In this document: positions 53,801 to 64,000 of the stretch, piece after piece
Layout: the number at the start of each line of letters is the position of its first letter
Numbering within the stretch: position 1 is the first letter of the stretch
NCBI GenBank assembly: GCA_964016885.1
Contig: OZ024747.1
Coordinates: 10,292,001-10,356,000, forward strand
DNA length: 64,000 bases
DNA from: Eledone cirrhosa
Lineage: Eukaryota
Reading direction: 5' to 3'
Translations under genes and position numbers: made by a program
The notes under the pieces: model-generated
What the model was told of the DNA's origin: nothing
Databases searched by the model: none
Seen by the model: only the letters and a program-made list of their open reading frames with translations

Positions 53801-56800
53801 TGTAATGTAGTATCTGGGAGAATATAGTGACATGTGGTCGAGTTGTGTGATGTAGAACAGTAAGGTGTGGTGTAATGTAGCATCTGGGAGGGGACAATAA
53901 CATGTGGTGTAATGTAGTATCTGGGAGAATATAGTGACATATGGTAATACTGAGCATATAATGGAGAAAGAAGATGAAATAAACCTACCTTGTTCTTCTG
54001 TTGGTAATGAGGTAGGGAATGCTGGAGATGCTGGGGGTGTAGCTGGCGTAGAAGGTGTGTGTGCCTGGTCAATCAGAGTTTATATTAGTTTATTATTGAA
54101 TATTGAACGATATACCATGTTTATTGATGATATCATATATTTCATCACAATATAACATACATAAATATTGAATGATATACTATGTTTAATGACAATAATA
54201 TATATCTCATTACAATATAACACATATATATATATATATAGTAAAAGCTGAAGACCCTCTTCAGTCACAAATGACCATGGGAGTTGCATCTAGAAAGTTC
54301 CCCTCTGAGGTACAATTCTGGGTAAGGTTGTTTATGGAAGACCAGCTGTTACTCATGCATACCAGTCTCTCATCTCCACACCACAGATATTGTTTAAGGG
54401 AAAGGCAATGGCTGATACAGCCTGGCACCATTGACGTCACAATGCAATACCTAGTCTGGGAATCAAACTAATATTTCTTGCTTACATATGTTACCGCATT
54501 CTGCTGAATGCATTTTATTGTGGCACCAACACTTGGTAAGTTGTTATGACTTATACACAATAGCTCAATGTCTTTCCTATCTCAATTTACAGAGTGTACT
54601 GGGTGCATTTATCATGTAGATCACCAACATCAAGGAGGTTGTTATATTTTTGACTCAATGGAAAACAAAATCAAACAGAATACTAACATGTGTCAGAGCT
54701 GTGATGAAATTACGGTTTAAGTGAATAGCTTCATAAAGTGCCAGCAAGATGGAATCATTAGCTCTGAAAATGGAAGAAAACATAAAAATTAATTTCCGAG
54801 TTGTACATGACTGGTTAGTAACTTGTTCTGAGACTGTGTTGAAACTAGAACAATTACACCATGGGAAAGTCATTTTAGCTACAGTTGTACATGTCTGGAC
54901 TTGATCTGAGACCATGTGTTGAAACTAAAACAATTACTTATATGTTTCAAGCCAACCTTATCTAACCAGAAAATGTTTTGCATTAAAATTTTCACCTTTT
55001 TTTTCTGGCAAAATGTCATACAAATTTTTAGCTTTTAGCAGTCATGTATACAGTTCACACTTCACTACTACACACTCTTAAACAAGACTGGACATAATAA
55101 TGAAATTATTGTGTACAGTGCTCAGGTGCACTACAACTCATCAAAGGTGCATGTATAGTACATAGAATAATGTAATGTACAAATGTCAGGAAAATGAACA
55201 GTGTATGAGTTATCAAAAAAGTGCATGTACAGTACATAGGGCAATGCACAAACATCAGTAAAATGAACAATGCACGAGTCATGATACACACGTGTGCATG
55301 TGTATGGAAGGGGTACATCAGGTGTAGTTTTGGCGTATTTCGGGAAGCATGAGTGCATGTTAGATAATGAAGTCTTAGAGACACTATGACTGATAAAAAA
55401 TGACAAGATGTCTGCCAGATCAATGTTGATCTGGAACTAAACAGCAAGAACAATTATAAAATAGGGTTTATTTCCCTCAGAAATGTTTTACTGGAAGAAT
55501 ATTCACCTGACAGATTCCACCGTCTTCTCTTCTGCAACAAACATGTTACCAACCTAAATAAACAAAGAGAAACACATACACAAATATTTCTTATTTTCAA
55601 ATAAATTCAAATAAATCTAACCAACAAGTCTGACCTCTTCATTAAACCAATTTAACAGTCGTTCCCGCTTCTTCTCATCATCATCATCACAACCACAGTT
55701 AAACAACCAAACGTCATGGTTTTTTTTTTAGGTGTTAATTTCAATAGGGGGCTTAATTCCTCCTGTAAACCTGTAATTTACTGAGGTGTCAGGTGATGCT
55801 CATGAGGGTGCTTGGTTGTTTTGGCGCCTTAGCCTCGCCATCACTCGCGGTAATGCTGCGAGCGTATTGGCTTGCCTCAAAATATTCCATTAAATATATA
55901 TAATAAATTAAAAATCACTGAATTAGAATTAAGGGCCAAAACTCTCTCGATGGGTTTTCTGAAGAACTTCTGCTGTCCAACTCTCGACAGCTAACAACCG
56001 AGCAATTGTAGAAAACATCAGGTTTGTGGTATGATGAAGAAGAAGAAGAGGTGGATTCTGCAAAAATGAGAGATTAAAAAAGAAAAAAAAGCTCACCATG
56101 TTAGCTATGGCAGAAAACCATCCAGTTTGTGGTTCAGAATTTTTAGTCTGGTATTCTCTGTAAATATAGAACAAGTAAAATGAAAATAGCTAGAAATGTT
56201 AGTAACTTCACAACATTTCCTTTTGTTTTTACAGCTATTTCTCCTATGGCATTTATTTCTTTATTCTTCATCATCAAAATGATTTAATGTCCATTTTCTC
56301 TGCTAGTAAGAGTGTTTTCACAGACTGAGTCAGTACTCAAGCAGGGCTACTGACTTCTCAGATGGACTAGACGCCTGCATCTCATATATGACCCCACACT
56401 CCGCCAAGTGCATTTTATTATGATACTAACCCTATTACATCAACCCCAATACATGACAGGTACTTTATTTTATCGACTGTGGAAAGACGAAAGGCAAAGT
56501 TGACTTTGGTGGAGTTTGACCTCAGAATGTAGAGGGTTATAACTAAATACTGCAAAACAGCTCTGATACTATGGGTGTGTGGTTAGAAGGGCTGAGGAAA
56601 AATGAATCGCTGGACAGATTTTATGGGCAAAACTAACCAGCAGGTGACCTGGAGGTAGATCCCCGAGCAAGATGGTTGGATAACATCCATGAACTCAGCT
56701 GGTCATGCTTGGGAATCGAGCCGGATCAGTAGGAGATGGTTGCTACTAACAGGACCTGCTGGAAGGAGAGTTTGAGGACTTTGCCCCCACATCTCTCCCT

Positions 56801-56891
56801 GGAATAGCTGGGTGAAGAATAAGATATATATATATAGATAGATGCATATATATTTTGTATATGTGAATACTCACAATATATATATATTTAC

Positions 56892-56959
<68 letters not shown>

Positions 56960-59900
56960 ATGCTGAGGATGGCTCTGAGCATTAATCAGTATACACTGAG
57001 TATGAAAAAATCAGAGCTGTATGGGAGCCTCCCAAGAGTCAGCTCAAAAGTGACAGAGGAGACTGAGGTTAGTTGGACATGCTCACCGACATCCAGAGTT
57101 GACATTGCACACAGTGCTACTGTGGGAGCCCCTACATGGACATACTGGAAGAGGAAGACCAAGGTTAACGTATGTTGATGCCCTAAGGACAGACACTGGT
57201 CTGTTGGAGACGCAGGACATGGCAGCGATAATGAGGGACAGAGACCGCTGGAGAGAACTCGTCCATGGATCTCGGGAATTTTACCCGCCCTAGAATAGAA
57301 TACATGCATATATATTTTGTGTATGTGAATACACAATATATATACATACACATATACATATATATTTTGTGTATGTGAATACACAATATATATACATATA
57401 CATATATATTTTGTGTATGTGAATACACACACACATGTAACCACATAAACACATTAGTCAGTAATTAAGATATAATTTATCCACTCTACCTGTTAAAGTC
57501 TGTAAGAGATGATGACACTACTTGAGCATATCCCTGTAACAAAGTAAGATAAAAATGAGAAAGAGAAGCAGAACATTAGAAGTTAAAGTGACATTCTAAA
57601 TATTTCACATCATTCATTACATAAAGAATTTTTACTGTTCAAATACAAGTCAGGTTTACAATAATATATTCCCTCAAATATACACATTTCCACATATGCA
57701 GGCAAACATGTATTTATAGACACAAAGAATCAACCTCAGTACTGGACTAGTTTTTATTTTGTTGATCTCTGAATATTTCTTACAAGTATAAAAATGTCTA
57801 GCTACATTACAAACACTGTAATAACACCAATTCATATCAGATGATGGTTTAAATTTAATTGGGAGAACTTTAACCCTTTTGCATTTAAACTGATTGTATC
57901 TGGCCAGAGTTCTTTCATCTCTTTCTGTTTAAACTGGCCACTAATACTGGCATTAAGGTATTGTTCTCAAAATAGATAATATTAAAATCTCGTACATTTA
58001 ATATTATGTGAAATAAAGTCTTTACCATGAAAATACAACAGTAAATATAGAGTAATGTAAATGTTAAAGAGTTAATTCTTTGCCAGTGAGATGGAAGATT
58101 TGGTTTTCTGGTTAAACAACCAGTTTTTAACTTTACAGTCTACAATTATTTTCTTCCTTTTAAATATTTGGTGACAGTTAAAAAGGAGAGAGACAGAATG
58201 TAAATGGCAAGGAAGAATATACTTACTGTCAAAGCCAGCTCATCGTCTAAAATTGATAATTTCACAATGTATGGGTTAGCAGACTGTGGAAGAGAAGAAC
58301 ACAGCTTTTGGTTTTACTTGCAAGATATGAAATTTTATAAATGATTATATCTATTGGCAATAATAATAATAATAACTCTTATATGATTTCTTACAAAAGC
58401 ATGTGGCCAGGAATTTAAAGGAGAGGATGTAGTCCATGCGTAAGCAAGATGCAGGCTCCTAGCCCATCTAAGGGAGTTAGTAACCAGACTGGGTCTGTAA
58501 AAACTCGTCCAACCAAGTACTTGACTGGTACTTTAGTCTTTTATCCTTGGAAGGATGAAAGACAAAGTTGACCCTGTATTTAAGAATGCTATCAAGTCTG
58601 TCAGCCATTACCTTAATAATATGAGTGATGTTCCTAAGAACTGTAAAGTGGTTGATAATAGGAAGGCCATACAGCCATAGAAAACTTGCTTTACACTCTG
58701 TAAATAGACTGGTGCTAGGGTCCTCCAGTAATAGAAAGCTTGCTTTACACTGTAAATAAGTTGGTATTAGGAAGGGCTGCCAGCAATAGAAAGCTTGCCA
58801 AAAAACGGATCATATATGTGTTCTCTTGACCTTTCTAAGAGGCAGTAATTCTAAATATGAACCAACTTCACGTTCAGGGTGCATGGGGCACTTCAGGTTT
58901 GTGATGGGGTGGGTGCCCTATCTGTCCCACAATAAATCCAGCACTGCATGTCTAACTTACCTCGTATTTCCTATATTGCACCAATAATGTTAGCAGCAGA
59001 ACAGCATCATAGCCAAGGGTTGGTCGATAAATGGAATTGCCCAGAATCTACAACAGATGGTTGAAAAAAACAAAGGTTTTTTGAAGAGGTTCTTTAAACA
59101 CTTTAACATTGATGATGGTAGTCACAAACATGGCTGTGTAGTTGAAGTGGTAAGGTGATCACCACCATCTTACCACTATCACCACCACACCACAACACCA
59201 TCACTCAGAATGTAAAGAGTCATAACTCTATGCTTCAAAGCATGGTGTCCGACGCTCTACCGATACTGTTGATAATAGTTATAGAAATGTTAGAGATGAG
59301 TAACTTACCAAAATAAGTGATTCAAAGACACAATTGATGAGAATATATTCTAGCATGGTGTTCTGGGAGATGTTATCAGTGGCCTGAAATATAATGGTGA
59401 CAACTATTATTACATAAAAACAATAGATTAAAGTTTTATTTTATTATATTTTACTATATTAACACGGCTGGGATGGTATAAGGTTTTTGTTCCAGGTGAG
59501 TCCTGATCAGACAGACATACCTATAATTAAAGGTGCTTCAATCATGACTATTATATTGTTTCACTTGGTTGAATATCATTGTTTGCTTGGGTTCCTTTAG
59601 TAGAGTGAAATATTACGACATGCATGATAGCAAAACAATTAACTTGCTCTGGTGATTATATATAAATATTACATACCAAATAGGCTGCGTTTAACCTGGT
59701 TTTTAGGACATGTGTCCCATATCCTGCATGTCGTATGAGGCAACTAAAAGGGTTGGTGTCAGGAGGAGTATCTGGCTATAAAACATTGTCTCAAACCATC
59801 CTATCCAAACCCATGCCAGTGTAGACAAGTGGACATATAATAGATGATGATGATGATGATGAAAATAAAATAAAAGTTGCTAAGACAGACTTACTGTGGC

Positions 59901-61487
59901 AAGAACAAGAAGCAGCTTCAATGACAACTGTTTAAGACTCATAGAAAAGTCCCCGGTGAGAAACTTGTTTAAGCTTTCTACCAATGACTGTAAATGGGAT
60001 ATAGAAAATAATACAACTTTATAATTTGTTAATCTATATATATAAAACTGTGGTTGTCTGTCTGTCTATCGATTTTTGGCACACATCTCCTCTTAGAATC
60101 TCTCACGGAATTGCACCGAAATTGCTATATTTTTACATTGAGCCCTAGCGAAGACATCGGAAAAAAAATAATTTCAAATTGACCCACCCTATGTGACGAA
60201 ATCGAATATAATGTATCGATTTTTGAGCGTAAGTTATCAGTTATTTCCCTTTGTTCTGTTTACATTGAGCGTCTTACGTAAAAAATTACGCTGGCTTTCT
60301 CAGCGTTTAAAATGACATTAACACAATACACGAACAGATCAGTTCGAACACTAAGCTTCCGTTTTGCTTCATTTCCATTTAAAAGCATTTTAAAACAAGT
60401 CTATTTAAAGACTACGTAAAACAAGCAAATATTTCAGGCGTGCAGACAGACAGTCGTGCAGAGAGGTGATATAGGCGTGCAGACAGACATAACTGATAAT
60501 TTGGTTACGCTAATGTTTTTCTCTGCGTTGCAGTGTTTACATTTTCGATCTTTGTTAATAACCAACATGACACCCAGGTGTAGGCCATGAACAATATGGT
60601 TGGATAACATCCATAAGATTAGGTCTTGCTTGGGTGGTGGAAGACGAGGAAAAGAAAGAGAGAAAGAAGTAGGTAAGGGAAGAAAGGTCTTACCTGCATT
60701 AATGTTTCAGCCATATCAAAGCCAATTAGGATGTTAATTATATCAAATCCATAATTATTGCGAGTTTTCCGGAATACTCCACGGATTAATGCACACAACG
60801 TCTGCAATAATGAAGACAACATTTTAATTACTGGATTAAATAAAATACCTTGCCTCAATAAACTGTTCCCTTTCACGGCAATCAAAGCTGGTTCAATTCT
60901 TATATTTGTACATTATTCTATGTACTATACATGCACCTTTGATGAGTTGTAGTGCACTTGAGCACTGTACACAATAATTTCATTATTATTATAACTTTGG
61001 TTGTTATATACACACAAAATATAAAACAATAACATTTTTGCTTAATACATTTAATTGCTGACGTAATTAAATGTATTTACTTGTTTAAACATTGTGTATG
61101 CTCTGATGATTCCAGACAGTTGTCTGGAAGAAACGATCGTCAGCAATTAAATGTATTAAGCAAAAATTTGATTGTTTTATATTTTGTATTTCTGCTCTGT
61201 AATACATCTAATAATTTACATTGAGCTATTTTTCTTACTGGTAATTGGGTAATACAACATACTACCCTTTCGTATTTATAATTGTATATAATTCATATAT
61301 AAGTATAAATTATTATTATTAGCATATATATATATATTAATTAAAAAGTTATTTTTCTCTAATACTTAGGCATCTCAATGAAAGGATAAAATGTACAGAT
61401 AAGATATTACTGAGAGAAGTAATTTTACATATTAAACTTATGCTAATATCTCAACTTATACTCCCATAAATTGAGATTTTGGCATAA

Positions 61488-61530
<43 letters not shown>

Positions 61531-63811
61531 CAATAATAATAAATGTGAAGACTAAAATCCGTAGTTTATATATATATAATTCAAATTATAAGGTATATAT
61601 AGAGAGATAGAGAAAGAGCCTTATATCATTAGAGAAACACAGTATTTTGTGTGGACTGGACTGGGCACATTATATAAATATAGTTTTAAATACATTATAT
61701 TTTAAATAAAGATAGGATAGTCAGTAATAGAATGTCTTTGACCATAGCAACAGCCCAATCATGGCTGACCTAGGAGTAAACAGTTACTTACATGGATAGC
61801 ATTCACCACTCGGAATGGTGCTGTTTGTTGTTTTAACGTCTCCACACATTTATAAAACCAAAGATTGATATTGTCCTGCAATATAAACAGATAAATAACC
61901 ACTAAAATAACACATATAACCACTAAAATAACACATACAACAGCTAAAATAACAGATATATAACAGCTAAAATAATAGATATATAACAGCTAAAATAATA
62001 GATATATAACAGCTAAAATAACAGATATATAACAGCTAAAATAACACATATATAACAGCCAAAATAACAGATATATAACAACTAAAATAACATATGTAAC
62101 AGCTAAAATAACAAATATATAACAGCTAGAATAACAGATATATAACAGCTATGTAACAACTAAAATAGCAGATATATAACAGCTAAAATAATAGATATAT
62201 GATAGCTAAAATAACAGATATACAACAGCCAAAGTAACAGATACATAACAGCTAAAATAACAGATATGTAACAGCTAAAATAACAGATATATAACAGCTA
62301 AAATAACAGATATGTAACAGCTAAAATAACAGATATGTAACAGCTAAAATAACAGATATATAACAGCTAGAATAACAGATATATAGCAGCTATGTAACAA
62401 CTAAAATAGCAGATATATAACAGCTAAAATAACAGATATACAACAGCTAAAATAATAGATATATAACAGCTAAAATAACATATGTAACAGCTAAAATAAC
62501 AGATATATAACAGCTAAAATAACAGATATATAACAGCTAGAATAATAGATATATAAACGTATATGTAACAACTAAAATAGCAGATATATAACAGCTAAAA
62601 TAACAGATATGTAACAGCTAAAATAACAGATATATAACAGCTAGAATAACATATATAACAGCTAAGTAACAACTAAAATATCAGATATATAACAGCTAAA
62701 ATAATAGATATATAACAGCTAGAATAACAGATATATAACAGCTTTGTAACAACTAAAATAACAGATATATAACAGCTAAAATAATAGATATATAACAGCT
62801 AAAATAGCAGATATATAACAGCTAAAATAACAGCTATATAACACTCTTTTCTAATATCAAATAGCTAATTTTACATAATTCTTTTATTTGTTTCCGTAAG
62901 TAGACTGTGGCAATGCTAGACCAATGCCTTGATTTAGTTAATCATATTAACTCCAGTACCTATTTTTCAAGACACGCACTTATTTTATAGAATTCTTTTC
63001 GTCAAATTGCTAAGTTACAGGACATAAACACAGATGGACACAACTGTTAACACATACACACACACATTAATATATATATATTAGGCTGGTGGATTGGCAG
63101 TATCGGTAGAGGGTCAGACGCCATGCTTTGCAGCAAAGAGTTACGGCCCTTTATGGTCTGAGTTCAATTCCCGCCGAGGTTAACTTTGTCTTTCATTCTT
63201 ACGGGGTCGATAAAATAAAGTACCAGTAATACACTGGGATAATTGCTGGCCTTGTGCCAAAAGTAGAAACAATTAATATATATATATGTGTGTAAGTGTC
63301 TGTGTTTGTGTATATTTGTGCATGAAGCATGGCCACAGTGAAAGAATACATATTCTTTTTTAAAAGACATTAGTCAGAAGGATGAGAAATGTTCTCAGCT
63401 GTTGTAGGTTTTCCAAGATATTAATGAGGTTGATTCTCAGACAGAACAACTACAGCAACATCTGTAGTAAACAATACAAAGAGCTAATGGACAACATGTC
63501 TTGAGTAGATGGAGTTAAGAAACAGAACCTTCTACTTTACAGCTTCCATTGCTTCCTATTTTTTAAAAATCTATTTGTTATGCTTATTTTGTGGTGATCT
63601 GTCTAACCTAATGAAGTATGGAACATAAGACATTAAACAACAATGATGATGATGATGATGATTGTGGTGGTGATGATGATGGTGGTGGTGGTGGTAGTGA
63701 TGGTGGTGGTGATATACAGCATGTTTCACTCATATATTACCTTACCTTCAAGGATACCAAAGCATCTTCATTTAATTTGTCAAATTCTGCTTCAATGTAA
63801 GAAGATTTCAC
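44824..63811 (-). CDS. ARMH3: Armadillo-like helical domain-containing protein 3 (C10orf76), 24 exons visible (630 aa); N-terminal exons lie beyond the window
   Basis: Exons: 63811-63746, 61875-61792, 60801-60694, 59987-59895, 59383-59309, 59047-58961, 58283-58227, 57533-57490, 56157-56097, 55553-55507, 54763-54688, 54064-53989, 53560-53465, 53178-53120, 51589-51524, 51413-51344, 50700-50640, 50117-50029, 49343-49261, 48273-48147, 47010-46935, 46328-46250, 45771-45655, 44919-44824. All are GT-AG and in phase. Motifs match C10orf76 as I recall it: [107 protein letters not shown]. Confidence 0.94.
45040..45537 (+). mobile_element. RTE LINE 3' fragment in the last ARMH3 intron
   Basis: Translates to [26 protein letters not shown] and carries the same 3' UTR and (GAT)n tail. 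Confidence 0.8.
47100..47460 (+). mobile_element. tRNA-derived CORE-like SINE with a different 3' half (related partials at 25235-25353 - and 50770-51140 +)
   Basis: GAGGCATGTGGCCTAATGG head, TCTTGAGCAAAACACTTT core, AACCCTGCGAT.GACTGGCGTCCTGTCCAGGGG segment duplicated. Confidence 0.65.
47516..48118. repeat. 41-bp minisatellite, ~14-15 copies
   Basis: GGCTGTATATTTCACTAGAGATATAGTAACAGTGTTATATA. Confidence 0.95.
48575..49143. repeat. GA-rich compound microsatellite
   Basis: GAGTGAGAGAGAGAAT-type units. Confidence 0.93.
51869..52586. repeat. 25-bp minisatellite
   Basis: TATGGTGTATATAATACTGTGAGTG. Confidence 0.95.
52815..53092. repeat. ~43-51-bp repeat containing short TTAGGG runs
   Basis: GAGGGTTAGGGTTAGGCTCACAGGCCCCATTGAGTGTGAAACAGGCTTAGT-like units. 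Confidence 0.85.
53568..53945. repeat. 107-bp higher-order repeat, ~3.5 copies
   Basis: ATGTGGTGTAATGTAGTATCTGG recurs at 53581, 53688, 53795 and 53902. Confidence 0.93.
55095..55353 (-). mobile_element. 3' end of the same CR1 family (shorter tails also at ~20175-20265 -, ~48415-48525 -, ~60904-60991 +)
   Basis: Reverse complement of 42912-43235, including the last ORF2 codons and the GCACTGTACACAATAATTTCATTATT terminus. Confidence 0.85.
55780..55893 (+). mobile_element. CRE-like RLE LINE extreme C-terminus
   Basis: [37 protein letters not shown]. Confidence 0.6.
56954..57300 (+). mobile_element. RTE-like LINE 3' fragment, frameshifted
   Basis: [19 protein letters not shown]; [33 protein letters not shown]. 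Confidence 0.72.
60033..60550 (+). mobile_element. Helitron-like element, 5' portion (3' hairpin/CTAG not seen)
   Basis: A|TCTATATATATAAAACTGTGGTTGTCTGTCTGTC start, typical of animal non-autonomous Helitrons, followed by CpG-richer body sequence inside an ARMH3 intron. Confidence 0.55.
61014..61275 (+). mobile_element. Penelope-like element pLTR remnant with inverted partial copy
   Basis: A ~50-bp inverted repeat (61014-61063 vs 61138-61187) encloses the hammerhead. No RT or GIY-YIG ORF is visible. Confidence 0.6.
61099..61145 (+). ncRNA. Type I minimal hammerhead ribozyme (Penelope-like element pLTR type)
   Basis: Stem I is TGCT(61099-102)/AGCA(61142-145). Core CTGATGA at 61103-109, stem II TTCCAGAC-agtt-GTCTGGAA, GAAA at 61130-133. 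Stem III is minimal with a palindromic loop (AC-GATC-GT). Cleavage triplet GUC ends at 61141. Confidence 0.85.
61886..62843. repeat. ~23-bp A-rich minisatellite
   Basis: AACAGCTAAAATAACAGATATAT. Confidence 0.95.
63084..63275 (+). mobile_element. SINE, near-identical to 524-708
   Basis: Direct visual alignment shows only scattered substitutions. Confidence 0.8.
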
Positions 63812-63849
63812 CTGGAATAGAAAAATAGGAAGAATTAGGGAGAATGTTA

Positions 63850-64000
63850 GTGTTGTGGTCAGTGTGGGGGGTGAGGGGGGGGGTTGTGGTCAGTGTGTTT
63901 GTGTGTGGGAGAGTGTTGTGGTCAGTGTGAGGGGTGAGGGCGAGTGTTGTGGTCAGTGTGAGGGGTGAGGGCGAGTGTTGTGGTCAGTGTGGGATGAGGG
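63850..64000. repeat. ~31-bp G-rich tandem repeat running off the window
   Basis: GAGTGTTGTGGTCAGTGTGAGGGGTGAGGGC. Confidence 0.85.

Overview
AT-rich, microsatellite-laden animal genomic DNA, most likely an octopus or other coleoid cephalopod (inferred from the tRNA-derived SINEs, RTE/CR1 LINEs and intron style; not verified). I reconstructed three spliced genes by hand with GT-AG junctions and consistent phases. They are DENND10/FAM45A (+, 8 exons, 2236-7311, 353 aa), BRD8 (-, 20 exons, 37207-8147, 1093 aa, single bromodomain and a large polyQ exon) and the 3' 24 exons of ARMH3/C10orf76 (-, 63811-44824; the 5' end lies beyond the window). Most long ORFs in the supplied track are artefacts of simple repeats. 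Non-coding highlights: a U13/SNORD13-type C/D snoRNA (18S helix-45 acetylation guide) at 38723-38833 (-) with an adjacent ~400-nt hairpin-dense unexplained region; a Penelope-type minimal hammerhead ribozyme inside a 50-bp inverted repeat (61014-61187) plus two degenerate hammerheads; a non-autonomous Helitron whose empty site is visible elsewhere in the window; three CRE-like RLE LINE remnants; minisatellites born from LINE/SINE sequence; and tandemly duplicated splice sites.
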